A stretch of DNA of 64,000 nt from an uncultured delta proteobacterium (GTDB lineage: Bacteria; Desulfobacterota; Binatia; HRBIN30; BPIQ01), in contig CAVXGR010000018.1 in NCBI GenBank assembly GCA_963761335.1, positions 576,001-640,000 of the forward strand, read 5' to 3'. Below, piece by piece: positions 28,231-38,546 of the stretch (position 1 is the stretch's first letter; every line of letters begins with the position of its first letter). The notes below the pieces were generated by a model. It was given only the letters and a program-made list of their open reading frames with translations, ran no database searches and was not told the origin of the DNA. Position numbers and translations under genes: made by a program.

Positions 28231-28410
28231 TCTGCTCCTGTTCCTCGATTAAACGAGAAGAAGAGGGAGCAAAGCACGTGCCCGCTAACCCCACGGTCGA
28301 TGCGGCAACTCACGCCGGCAAAGATTCCCACCCTTGGGAATAATGTGCCGCCGAGCCCCCGAAAACCGGGAGCCCCACCTGCCCCTAATGGCCTGAGCAC
28401 AAAGGCGTAT

Positions 28411-29208
28411 CTACAGCAGCCGCGTCTTGAAGAAGTCGATGATCTCGTCCACGGCCTGGCGCGTCGGCTGGCCCTGCTCGTCGATCAGATGCAGGGTGAC
28501 GACGCTGTGCGGGTTCTTCATCGGGGCGTTGGGGTTGGCGGCGCTGTCGGGGAGGACGCGGGGCTGGAAGCGGTCGCCGAGCGCCTGCTGGTAGGCGGCG
28601 AAGCGCGCCGCCCGGCAGAAGCTGTCGCCCTCGAAGCGATAGGCGAGGACGGTGAGATCCTCGCGGTCGAGCCGTTCCTTGACCGCCTTCAGCTCCTCCG
28701 GGGCGATGTGCATGCCGGAGGCTTTCGCCAACGGCAGGGAGGGCTGCGACAGGACCGGCGCCCGCACCGCCGGCTCGAGCATCATCGACAGGGCGAAGTT
28801 GCCGGTGAAGCACATGCCGATGGCGCCGACCCCCTGGCCGCCGCAGAGCGGATGGGCACGCGCCGCCAGCGCCCGCAGCCACTGGGTGACCGGGCTCGAG
28901 GCGTTGGCGGCGAAGGCGCGGAACTCGGCGCTGATGCATCCCTTGATGATCGAGCTGGCTCCGTAGAGCGTCGACACCGGCCGTCCCGGCTGGCCGAACA
29001 GGTTCGGCATCCACACAGTGAAGCCGGCGTCGCGGACCCAGCGCGCGAAGCGGGCCACCTGCGGCGAAATCCCGGGCATCTCGGTCATGACGATGACCGC
29101 GGGACCGCTCCCGGCGACGAACACCAGCTTGGTCTCGCCGTTGAGAGTGATCTGCCGGTGCTCGAAATCGGCGAGCGGGTCGGTCTTCGAGAGATCGGTC
29201 TCTGCCAT
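28411..29208 (-). CDS. Dienelactone hydrolase family protein
   Basis: EMPG and nucleophile elbow GMCFTG; D and H triad candidates present. Confidence 0.85.
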   Translation of the reverse strand: MAETDLSKTDPLADFEHRQITLNGETKLVFVAGSGPAVIVMTEMPGISPQVARFARWVRDAGFTVWMPNLFGQPGRPVSTLYGASSIIKGCISAEFRAFAANASSPVTQWLRALAARAHPLCGGQGVGAIGMCFTGNFALSMMLEPAVRAPVLSQPSLPLAKASGMHIAPEELKAVKERLDREDLTVLAYRFEGDSFCRAARFAAYQQALGDRFQPRVLPDSAANPNAPMKNPHSVVTLHLIDEQGQPTRQAVDEIIDFFKTRLL

Positions 29209-29352
29209 CGATTGGGCCCTCCGCGGGCGACCGTAGCCAACTTTGCGGCGGTGCGCCATGATGGGAAAACTTGGTGGCCAGGCTGGCCGCGGTCCCAGGC
29301 AAACGCGGGTGGGTGTGCGAATCGCGCACGGCACCGCTATGATGGCGCCTCA

Positions 29353-30681
29353 ATGAATGCGCCTCGCACAAGCCCCGACTCCGGCAGCGGCCGAGGACTG
29401 GTGCTGGAAGAGCCGGAAGCTGAGGCCCGCGCCCTCAAGGCGGCGTACGTGCACTATCTGGCCGACTGCTGCCAGCGCTTCCTCGCCGTCGCCGGGGAGC
29501 TACCTCCCGAGCTGCGCCCGGCGCATGCGGCAATCGCGGCTCTGGTGCGGCAGGTGCTTCCACAGGGACGTCAGGCGATGCTCAACTGCTTCGCTTCACC
29601 GGCGGTGGGCACGGCGCTGCAGTGCGCCGAGCTGCGGCGCGACCTCGACGACTTCCGCGTCCGCATCGACAAGGCGGCGGCGGAGATGATGCCGCACCTG
29701 CTGCTGGAGATGGCGCTGCGAGGGCTCATCCCCCCGGGACAGTCTCTTCTCTGGGAGCACGGCGCGCCGTCGCTGGCTTCGCTCGCCGTCGGCGGCGAGC
29801 TCGTCCCGCCCGCCGCGGCCACCGGCCTGCGCTTCTCGGCCAGCCACGTCGCCGCGCTCGCCGGCGGCGCCGAGCTGGCGCGGTTGCCCCTGGAGCGCGA
29901 GGCGATGCGACAGACCTTGGCCGAGAACGCCGCCGGCGGCTTCCGCTTCGAGCGCCGTTTCCGCCGCCTCGGGAAGGTCACCCATTTCGCCACCGTCGAC
30001 CACAACCCCATCGCCGCCTTCGAGGCGCATCCCGACAAGGCGGGAAATCACATCGACCTCGGCGGTCGACCTGTGGGGGAGTGGACCGAGATGCTCGACC
30101 GCTGCTTTGCCCTGGTCGAGCGCTACCTGCCCGGCGAGCTCGCCGAGATGAGGATCATGCTCCGCGAGGTCATCCCGGTCGGCTACGACCCGCACCGCCA
30201 TCTGTCCGCCTCCTATCGCGAGGCCGTCGGCATCGTCTATCTGACGCTTCACCCGAGCGTCATGATCATGACCGAGGCTGTGGTGCACGAGTTCCAGCAC
30301 AACAAGTTCAACGTCTCGAGCTACGGAGCCGAGTACCTGGCGAACGCCTTCCATCCTCTCTACAAGAGCCCGGTGCGCCCCGACCCGCGACCGCTGTGGG
30401 GAATCCTCCTGGCGGTACACGCCTTTCTCCCCGTCGCCGAGCTCTATCGGCGCATGCGCGACGGCGGTGACCCGCTGGCGGCGCATCCCGATTTCGAGCG
30501 GCGCATGTCGGAGATCGATCTCAAGAACCACGAGGGCATGGAGATGCTCCGCGCCCACGCGCAGCTCACCGCCGCCGGCGGCGCCATGTTTGCCGAGCTG
30601 GAGAGCCTCGAGCGCCGCCATCTGGCCGAGCGCGCCGCCCGCGGCCTCGACAGCACGCCGACCGACGCCCACCTCGGATGA
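29353..30681 (+). CDS. HExxH-motif peptide-modifying protein (aKG-HExxH-like)
   Basis: ATG 29353; SAS...AVG.VYL...EAVVHEFQHNKF...LYKSPVRPDPRPLWGILLAVHAF, the signature of RiPP-associated HExxH proteins. Confidence 0.85.
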   Translation: MNAPRTSPDSGSGRGLVLEEPEAEARALKAAYVHYLADCCQRFLAVAGELPPELRPAHAAIAALVRQVLPQGRQAMLNCFASPAVGTALQCAELRRDLDDFRVRIDKAAAEMMPHLLLEMALRGLIPPGQSLLWEHGAPSLASLAVGGELVPPAAATGLRFSASHVAALAGGAELARLPLEREAMRQTLAENAAGGFRFERRFRRLGKVTHFATVDHNPIAAFEAHPDKAGNHIDLGGRPVGEWTEMLDRCFALVERYLPGELAEMRIMLREVIPVGYDPHRHLSASYREAVGIVYLTLHPSVMIMTEAVVHEFQHNKFNVSSYGAEYLANAFHPLYKSPVRPDPRPLWGILLAVHAFLPVAELYRRMRDGGDPLAAHPDFERRMSEIDLKNHEGMEMLRAHAQLTAAGGAMFAELESLERRHLAERAARGLDSTPTDAHLG

Positions 30682-30918
30682 TCGGATGAGAGATCGAGGA
30701 GGTGTCCCGCCTCCTCTCTCCACCCGCGGGCGACAGCGTCGTGTCTGCGCCACATCCATGCGGAGAACCACGGCAGCTCCGCCAAATTTCTTCTTGACGC
30801 GATCGCCGTCTGTAGCATGATGCGTTCGTCCTCAGGATGGGGACGACGGACGCGGCGGTAGCCAGGTGACACGGGGTCTTCCTGGTCACGGCGGCGAAGA
30901 CAGAGCACGGAGGCTCAG

Positions 30919-33900
30919 ATGCGATCGGGATGCTTCGCGGCGTGCGCCCTGCTGGGCGCTTGGGTGTCAGTGACGACAGTGTGGGCGCAGACGGATCGGG
31001 TATCGCCAGGGGCCGGAGGCTTCGACCCCAGCTCGGTGCTCGGCATTCTCGAACAGTCGGCGCCGGGCGGCCATCCGCCGGCGCCTTTCCCGGGACTCGC
31101 CTCGCCGCTGCGGGTCGACGAGAGCAGTGGGGCGGCGGCCAGCGCCATCGACATTGCGGTCCCACCCGGTCGCAGGGGAATGAGCCCGAAGCTGTCGGTG
31201 GTCTACTCGAGCAACCGCGGCAACGGCCTCTTCGGCGTCGGCTGGCATCTGCCCATCGGCTCGATCAAGCGCAGCACGCGTCATGGGGTGCCCTTCGAGT
31301 ACGACAACGCCGCCGGCACCGAGTCCCAGTTTCGCTACGCCGTTCCCGGCGACGCCCTGCCGGGGGAGGGCGAGTACATCCTCGAGCTCGGCGGCCGCAT
31401 GATCCGCCTGGATCGCTATCTCGGCACCAGCGGTGCGTATCACGTGTTCGGTTCCGCCGTCGAGGAGGCGCCGTTGCGCGTGTGGTTCGACCCCTCGGCC
31501 AACGTCTGGATCGTCACCGACCGCTCCGGCGTGCAGTACACCTACGGCGGCGGCGGTCGGGAGACGCGCGCCGGCTTCGACGTGGATCACGCCGACGGCA
31601 CCTTCAGCTGGGGGCTCACCCACGTCGAGGATCCCAACGGCAACGCCATCGATTATGTCTATGCGGCGTTTGGCCTCAGCGGCTCTCTCAATCGCTACCT
31701 GTATCCGCGGAGCGTGACCTACGGGGGCAATCCCTCCGCCGGCTACACCACCGCGGCCTTTCACGTCGAGATGAAGTACGAGGCCGAAGCGCGGCTCGAC
31801 CAGCCGCTGTCGTACATGGGCGGCTATGAGAGCCGGCTGGAGAAGCGCATCGGCTCGATCGAGGTCTGGTACGGCGGCACCCTGTTGCGCCGCTATGGAC
31901 TGACGTACGAGAACGAGCCGAGCACCGGCGTCTCGCGCCTGCGGCGCGTCGAGCTGCGTTCCGGACCGGTTGACGGAGCCGAGGACGGCACGCCGCTGCC
32001 GGCGACCGAGTTCGCGTACGCCGAGGCGCCGTCCGGGTTCGGGCCCACGAAGTCGGTCTCGTTCGGCTACCCGTTGCCGAACGAGGGCGCCCAATGGATC
32101 CGCTGGTATGATCCCACTTACTTCGACATCGGCAGCGACTTCCTCGACGTCGACGGCAACGCGCGCCCGGACCTCGTGCAGCCGTCGGCGGACTCGACGA
32201 CCTTGCTCTGGTGGCGGAATGTGGCCAGGTCCCGCACCTTCCAGTGGCCGCGCCTCGGCTTCGAGTCGGAGCTGCCGGTGTTTGCCATCCACAGCGGCGG
32301 CTACGACTTCATCGACCTCAACGGCGACGCCCTGCCTGATCATGTCGAGACCACCTACCAGCGCTGGCATGTCGCCTACAACAACGGCAACGGCTTCGAT
32401 CCGCCCGTCGACTGGGAGTTTCACCACGATCCGTTGATCACCGCGTGGTACGTCAATCCCGGGGGTGTGGCCGCCACCGTGGATCTGAACGGCGATCACC
32501 GCCCCGATCGGGTCTTCTGCGCCATCGATCCCGACCTGCCGAAGTTCTGCCAGGTCTATCTCAACCGGGGCGACAACTTCAGCCCGACTCCGCTGCAATG
32601 GTGGAACTCCCTCGGGTGGATGCCGCTGGCGCACGGCCTCGACCAGCTCATCGACATGAACGGCGACGGTCTGCCGGACATGGTGACCTCGGTGGATTCT
32701 CAGGGCCATGCCCAGGATCATTGGGACGTCTGGCTGAACACTGGCCAGGGCTTTGCCCCGGTGGCGCAGCGCTGGACGATTCCCGGATTCGCCACCGCGC
32801 CGCACGTGCGGGTCGGCTCCACCGACAACTGCCCCAGCTTCGGTTGGATCGAGAAGAAGCTCGCCGACATCAATGGAGACGGTCTTCCCGACTACATCGA
32901 CTCGGTAAGCAGTCCGTGGCGCGTGTACATCAACAACGGCAGCTCCCTGCAGGGGCCGTTCCTCTGGTCGGGAACCGAGCCGTGGGGCGGCGAGCTGGCG
33001 AGCACGCAGGTGGAGATCTGGCCATCGCACTGGCCCTGCGTGATCGAGCCCAAGACCGACGTCATGGATATCAACGGCGACGGCACCGTCGATTTCGTTG
33101 CCGCCAAGGGCACGCAGGTCGGCATGCAGGTTCGCTACGGAGAGCGCTGGAGAGCCTCGGAGATCGTCCGTATCGACAACGGCATCGGCGGCTACAGCGC
33201 TGCGGAGTACGGCGCCGCAGCGGATCTGGACCTCAAGACGTGCAGCAGCGGTCCATACCAGGGGATGCCCTGCGAGGGAGTCACCGACTGCGGTCGCTCG
33301 GCGACCAACGGCTATTACCTCTGCGAAGACGACCCCGACACCCCCAGCTACGCGCCTTTTCCGCCCCAGGTCGTCACCCGTCTGGAGGTGGGCTCGGGCC
33401 TCGATGCGCCGGGGCACACGCTGGTGCGCGACTATCGCTACGCCGAGGCCGTCTACGATCCGGAGGAATCCGAGTTTCGCGGATTCCACTGGGTGATCGA
33501 GCGCGATGCGCAGCGGCAGCGCCTGCGCGAGCTCGAGTTCCTGCAGCCCGACGACCTGTATGATCCCGGGGCGCGCGCCGGAGTTCGTCCCTTCCGCTCG
33601 AAGCCGGTGCGTCAGCGCCTGTACGATATGGCCTCGCAAATGCCCCTGAGCGAGACTTCGTTCGAGTGGGAGGCGGTGCCCATCGCGGGTGACCGCGATC
33701 TCGTGCACCTCGCGCACCGCACCGATATCGCCTACGCCTACGACGGGTCTCCGGGCATTGCCGGACTCACCTCGCAGCGCGTCGAGCACGTGTACACGTA
33801 CGACGAGTACAACAACGTGGCGCAGGAGGCGGACTTCGCCGACGGCGCCTCGTTGCCGGCGCACGCGGCGCACATCTCCCATCGCTACGACGTGTCCCGG

Positions 33901-36900
33901 TACATCGTCGACCGGCCCTCGAGCGTACAGAGAGGGCTGCCGCTGGTGGCGCTGACGCGGCGGGACTTCCAGTACGACGCCCGCGGCAACCCGACCGCGA
34001 TTTTGGACTGTCTCGCCCCGGACACCTGCAGCAGCTTCGTCACCACGGCGCGCATCGAGTACGACGCCCCGGGGTCTCCCGACGCCGGTGCCGCGGGCAT
34101 GCCGACGCGGATCACTGATGCCCGCGGCAATGCCACCGACATCGAGTACGACTGCTCTGGGGGTGGAGTGAACTATGGTCTCTACCCCTGTCGGGTCACC
34201 AATGCGCTGGGGCAGGTGATGCAGTCCGTTTACGACGTCGGGCGCGGCGTGATCCTGTCGGCAACCGATGCCAACGGCGCCACCATCTCCTACGTGTACG
34301 ACGAGCTCGGGCGACTGGTCGGCATTCGCCGGCCTCTCGACTCACAGTACTCGCGCATGTTCGCCTACGTGCTCGGCGGTCCCGGGACGCCGAGTGCGAT
34401 CGACACGTTCGATAGGATGCCGTCGGCATTGGACGGCTATCGACAGAGCCGCACTTTCTACGACGGTCTCGGGCGCATGCTGGAGACCAAGAAGGAGGAC
34501 TTCGTCGAGGGAAATTTCAGCGTGACAGTGGCGGAGCTGGTGGCTTTTGATGCGGCTGGGCGAGCGGCCTGGAAGGCGGTTCCTTTCGCGGCCACCGCGC
34601 CTCTGGAGACCTACGAGCCGTGGCCCCAGGGCGCGCCGTCGACCGCCCTTCAGTTCGACTCGATGGACCGGGTGGTGAAGACGATCAATCCCGACGGCAC
34701 CTGGCGGCTGGCCGATTTCTCGGTTGCCGGCCGAACGGTGCGGCGGGACGAGAACACCGCGACCACGGGGCAGGGGAGGATCGTCGAGGAGCTCAGTGAC
34801 CCATTTGGCCGGCTGATCGAGAGCCGCACCTATGCCGGCACGCTGAGCGCCGGCGGACTGGTCGCGAGGAAGCGCACCACCTATGACGCCGCCGACCGGA
34901 TCGTGATGACGACGGCGTACGATTCGCTCGACGGCACCGGCTCCAACGCCACCACGGTGGTGTTCGCCTACGACGCTCTCGGGCGCCGTACCGCTGTCGT
35001 CGACCCGGACTCGGGGACCTGGAGCTACGGGTACGACGCCGCCGGAAACCTGATCTACGAGGACGATCCGAAGAGCGGTCAGCATCTGGAGATCTGCTAC
35101 GATGCCCTCAATCGAATCCGGCGCAAGTACGCGCTCAGCGGCGACACCTCGTCGAACCTGGCGGCGACCTGCCCGGCGTCCGGCAACTTCGAGGTGCGTG
35201 CCGAGTACACCTACGACACTCCGGCCGCGGGAGAGTACTGCGGCGCCGGTACCGGGCGGCTCTGCCACGTCGAGACGGCCAACACCAGCACCCGGATATC
35301 GTATGACCAGCGCGGTCGTCTCGCCACCGTCATCAAGCGGATCGCGGCGGCCGGGTCCGAGAAGGAGTTCACCTTCGTGCGCTCGTATGACCAAGCCGAC
35401 CACCTGGAAGGTGCACGCCTGCCGACCGAGGACGGCATTGAGCAGCTCACCTACCGGTACGATCCCGCCGGCCGCCTGTTTACGGTCGCTTCGTTGACCA
35501 ACACCTACGTCAGCGGCACCAGGTACGATCGCATGGGGCGGCGAACGGAGCAGCTCTACGGGCCGGCTGCTCTGCTGACCAATCGCTGGTCGTACGCCGA
35601 TTGGAGAGGCGACTTTCTCCTGACGACTCTCGACGTCTTCAATGCGGGCGGCAATCTGCAGCACTTCTCCTACACCTATGACCGCGCCGGAAACACTCTC
35701 TCGATCGACGATGGGTCGACCGATGTCTACCCCGACACCGACGCTCGCGACAGCGACAGGATCTACGTCTACGATGCGGTGGGGCGACTGATTTCGGCGA
35801 TTCCGGGGGTCGGCTCGCCGAGCGGCTACGACTACGACAAATGGGGCAACGTGCTGAGTGCCGCCGGGCTCGCCTTCACCCACGATGTCGCGCAGCCGCA
35901 TCACGTGAGCAGGGCTCCTTCGTCCAAGCCGGCCTACGGCTATGACGGCAACGGCGCCTTGATCTCACGCCCCGACACCGACGGAAGGGGCAATGACGCG
36001 GCGCGCACGGTGACCTACGACGTCGAGGGTCGCGTGCAGACGGTGACCTCCGGCGGCGATCAGCTGGAGTACCTGTACGACTATGACGGCACGCTGATCG
36101 TCCGCCTTCTCAACGGCGAGCCGACTTTCTACTTCGGGGACGCCTTCGAGGTCACCGGGAATCGCCTCACCCGCCACGTCTATGCCGGAACGCGACTGGT
36201 GGCCGAGAGCGCGGTGACACTCGGCGCCGACTCGCCGCTGTTGGCGGCGCGCGGGGGCGGGCAGGGCCGCGTCGTCGAGTTGGCCCGAGCCATGGCGGAG
36301 AGCCTGCGTCTCTCTCCGACCCTCTATCCGAGCTACGCATTGGCAGCGGAAGATGCAGTGCCGCTGGGCGGCTTCCTCTTACTGCTGCTGGTGTGCGCGG
36401 GGCACATTCCCGGCCGGGTGCGGGTCGGCCTTGCCGCCGGGCGCCGCGGAACCTTTCGCAGCCTGCGCCGCGGCCATATCGTGGTGGTCGTCATTCTCTT
36501 CGGCGCCAGCCTCACCCCGATGACCTGCGTTCGCCTGGCGTCCGCGGGCGGAGGCGGCCGGGTGGTGCCGCCGCCGCCGCCGTTGCCGACGTACTTCGTG
36601 CACTCCGACCAGCTCGGCTCGACCTCGATGCTCACCTGCTACGGCCGTCCCGCCGCGGAGAACTGCGCCGATGGCGAGCCTGCCGAGTTCTATCGGTACG
36701 ATGCCTACGGCATGGTCAGCGCCTACGACACCCGCGGCAAGTCGGTTCACCGGGGCGCCGAGAAGACCGACCGACTCTACACCGGCCAGCGTTGGGAAGC
36801 CTCGGCCCGGCTCTGCCACGCACATGCGCGGTTCTACGATCCCCGCATCGTCCGCTTCCTCTCGGAAGATCCCGCCGGACAGCAGCCGAATCCGTACGCC

Positions 36901-37680
36901 TACGCCGGCTGGAACCCGGTCCGCTACGTCGACCCCAGCGGAACCGTTTTCAGCCCCGCCAACATCAACTTCACCGCCGCGGGGGAAGCGATGATTCTGG
37001 AGTGGTCATGGGACTACCAGGTCGAAACGATATTCAGTGGAGGGTTTAGCCCGGGCAGCTTTGCGAAGGTCGACGTCGGCCTGGCGGGAGACGAGGCTGC
37101 CCGCGGTCGCCAACAGCAGCTGGTGTTGGCCGTCGCCGAAGGGGTTGCGGCGGGCCAGAAGTACTCGCGGAACGGCGTCGAGCTCAGCTTGGAGGCCATG
37201 GCGTTCGCGGCGTATTGGCCGGGAAGCCCAAGCGTCCGAGCCGCGGCCTACACGCCTCTGGCCGCGAGCAGTCAGGCCTATGGCGCGGCGGCCGGCCTGC
37301 TCGGCACGGTCATCGAGTTCGCCCTGCAGCAGTGGGCCTTCACCGCCGAGGCGGCTCACGACGCGCTGATCTTCGCGGCGAAGACCCGGGTAGCTGACCT
37401 TGGATTCCCAGGCAAACCGTTCTCTGCAGTGATGAGCTACCTGCCAGCGCAAAGGCACGACGTTGGGACTCTCCCAGAGCTGCCTCTCTCCATTACATTT
37501 CCGTCATCGGCAGTTAGCGAGCATGAGGCCGGAGTGCAGTACAGGGTTCTCACGCTTACAGGGGCGGGCGATGTAGGGAGGGGGCCATTCCTCTGGTCGG
37601 CACCGGCTAGTTCGCCGAGACAGCTAGGTCTCCAACAAGCGATTACCATCACGACGGGAGATCTGGGGTTCTACCCATGA
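30919..37680 (+). CDS. Secreted SpvB/FG-GAP/YD-RHS repeat polymorphic toxin-like protein (2253 aa)
   Basis: Signal peptide; SpvB-like start (SGAA..AIDIAVPPGR.GMSPKLS..YSS..GNG.FG.GW.L); repeated D.NGDGLPD; EFRGF; YD repeats; RHS core HSDQLGS...YTGQ...ARFYDP...RFLSEDP...NPY.YA..NPV...DPSG. Confidence 0.92.
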   Translation: MRSGCFAACALLGAWVSVTTVWAQTDRVSPGAGGFDPSSVLGILEQSAPGGHPPAPFPGLASPLRVDESSGAAASAIDIAVPPGRRGMSPKLSVVYSSNRGNGLFGVGWHLPIGSIKRSTRHGVPFEYDNAAGTESQFRYAVPGDALPGEGEYILELGGRMIRLDRYLGTSGAYHVFGSAVEEAPLRVWFDPSANVWIVTDRSGVQYTYGGGGRETRAGFDVDHADGTFSWGLTHVEDPNGNAIDYVYAAFGLSGSLNRYLYPRSVTYGGNPSAGYTTAAFHVEMKYEAEARLDQPLSYMGGYESRLEKRIGSIEVWYGGTLLRRYGLTYENEPSTGVSRLRRVELRSGPVDGAEDGTPLPATEFAYAEAPSGFGPTKSVSFGYPLPNEGAQWIRWYDPTYFDIGSDFLDVDGNARPDLVQPSADSTTLLWWRNVARSRTFQWPRLGFESELPVFAIHSGGYDFIDLNGDALPDHVETTYQRWHVAYNNGNGFDPPVDWEFHHDPLITAWYVNPGGVAATVDLNGDHRPDRVFCAIDPDLPKFCQVYLNRGDNFSPTPLQWWNSLGWMPLAHGLDQLIDMNGDGLPDMVTSVDSQGHAQDHWDVWLNTGQGFAPVAQRWTIPGFATAPHVRVGSTDNCPSFGWIEKKLADINGDGLPDYIDSVSSPWRVYINNGSSLQGPFLWSGTEPWGGELASTQVEIWPSHWPCVIEPKTDVMDINGDGTVDFVAAKGTQVGMQVRYGERWRASEIVRIDNGIGGYSAAEYGAAADLDLKTCSSGPYQGMPCEGVTDCGRSATNGYYLCEDDPDTPSYAPFPPQVVTRLEVGSGLDAPGHTLVRDYRYAEAVYDPEESEFRGFHWVIERDAQRQRLRELEFLQPDDLYDPGARAGVRPFRSKPVRQRLYDMASQMPLSETSFEWEAVPIAGDRDLVHLAHRTDIAYAYDGSPGIAGLTSQRVEHVYTYDEYNNVAQEADFADGASLPAHAAHISHRYDVSRYIVDRPSSVQRGLPLVALTRRDFQYDARGNPTAILDCLAPDTCSSFVTTARIEYDAPGSPDAGAAGMPTRITDARGNATDIEYDCSGGGVNYGLYPCRVTNALGQVMQSVYDVGRGVILSATDANGATISYVYDELGRLVGIRRPLDSQYSRMFAYVLGGPGTPSAIDTFDRMPSALDGYRQSRTFYDGLGRMLETKKEDFVEGNFSVTVAELVAFDAAGRAAWKAVPFAATAPLETYEPWPQGAPSTALQFDSMDRVVKTINPDGTWRLADFSVAGRTVRRDENTATTGQGRIVEELSDPFGRLIESRTYAGTLSAGGLVARKRTTYDAADRIVMTTAYDSLDGTGSNATTVVFAYDALGRRTAVVDPDSGTWSYGYDAAGNLIYEDDPKSGQHLEICYDALNRIRRKYALSGDTSSNLAATCPASGNFEVRAEYTYDTPAAGEYCGAGTGRLCHVETANTSTRISYDQRGRLATVIKRIAAAGSEKEFTFVRSYDQADHLEGARLPTEDGIEQLTYRYDPAGRLFTVASLTNTYVSGTRYDRMGRRTEQLYGPAALLTNRWSYADWRGDFLLTTLDVFNAGGNLQHFSYTYDRAGNTLSIDDGSTDVYPDTDARDSDRIYVYDAVGRLISAIPGVGSPSGYDYDKWGNVLSAAGLAFTHDVAQPHHVSRAPSSKPAYGYDGNGALISRPDTDGRGNDAARTVTYDVEGRVQTVTSGGDQLEYLYDYDGTLIVRLLNGEPTFYFGDAFEVTGNRLTRHVYAGTRLVAESAVTLGADSPLLAARGGGQGRVVELARAMAESLRLSPTLYPSYALAAEDAVPLGGFLLLLLVCAGHIPGRVRVGLAAGRRGTFRSLRRGHIVVVVILFGASLTPMTCVRLASAGGGGRVVPPPPPLPTYFVHSDQLGSTSMLTCYGRPAAENCADGEPAEFYRYDAYGMVSAYDTRGKSVHRGAEKTDRLYTGQRWEASARLCHAHARFYDPRIVRFLSEDPAGQQPNPYAYAGWNPVRYVDPSGTVFSPANINFTAAGEAMILEWSWDYQVETIFSGGFSPGSFAKVDVGLAGDEAARGRQQQLVLAVAEGVAAGQKYSRNGVELSLEAMAFAAYWPGSPSVRAAAYTPLAASSQAYGAAAGLLGTVIEFALQQWAFTAEAAHDALIFAAKTRVADLGFPGKPFSAVMSYLPAQRHDVGTLPELPLSITFPSSAVSEHEAGVQYRVLTLTGAGDVGRGPFLWSAPASSPRQLGLQQAITITTGDLGFYP

Positions 37681-38300
37681 CGTGGAGGGTGAACATGCAA
37701 GTCGGACGCTACCTTGTTGGCTCTGTCATCGTGGCGATGATGTTGATGAGTAGAGCCAACGCAGGAGGACACGAGTTGGCGTTTTACGTAGATGCGAGTT
37801 TTCGTGCCGGCTCCGAAACGACCACACTGAAGCTCGACAGTGGAGAGTCCCTTGTAGTCGCGCTGCCGCCTGTTGCGATCATACACTCCCAAGACGTAGT
37901 CGGCGCGCGCGTCATGAAGATCCCGGTGGAATTCTACGATCAACCACCCCCGGGTGTGCCGCACCCACAGCTACATCGAGTTGTTCTGGATTTGAAGAAA
38001 GACGCAAACGACCGCCTGCAGACGGCGTTCCGGACAACCTGTGGCTCCACCCCTGGCCTGTCGATCGCTTTGGACGAGATCATCGTCGGGTACATTACAG
38101 TGACCGGATGTAGTTCTCCTCTGGAGGCGGGCTCAGAGTTCTGGAGCCGAGAGAAAGCCCTCGAAGTGGCGCGGAGGTTCACCAAGAACGTGCGCATCGT
38201 GGAGCCGACGCCGTCGCCGACTGCCCCCGGGCCGGTGTCAGCTCATCCGGTGCGCTATCGGGCCCCGGCCGATGCTGCGGCGCAGCTGGCGAGACGGTGA
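37677..38300 (+). CDS. Exported protein, candidate cognate immunity protein of the RHS toxin
   Basis: ATGA overlap with the RHS stop (alternative ATG 37695 after GGAGG); signal peptide; visibly lower GC like the toxin tip. Confidence 0.65.
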   Translation: MTWRVNMQVGRYLVGSVIVAMMLMSRANAGGHELAFYVDASFRAGSETTTLKLDSGESLVVALPPVAIIHSQDVVGARVMKIPVEFYDQPPPGVPHPQLHRVVLDLKKDANDRLQTAFRTTCGSTPGLSIALDEIIVGYITVTGCSSPLEAGSEFWSREKALEVARRFTKNVRIVEPTPSPTAPGPVSAHPVRYRAPADAAAQLARR

Positions 38301-38546
38301 TGCCCGTGGAGTGCCAGAATGCTCGCGGCGAAGGGCACCAAGGACAGGAAGAGGGGGCGCGACCGCGGCGCCCTGCTGGCGGCGCTGCTCCTGCTGGCGG
38401 CGCTCGCCTGCGTTTCGTCGGTTTCCTGCCCGGAACAACCGGAGTCGGCCGCGGCGCAGGGCGGCGAGGTCGCGGGGGCGCGCCGATTCTGAACAGGCAT
38501 CCAGGAGCCCGTTGTTTTTCAACGGGCCACCAGCTCAAGGAGGAGC

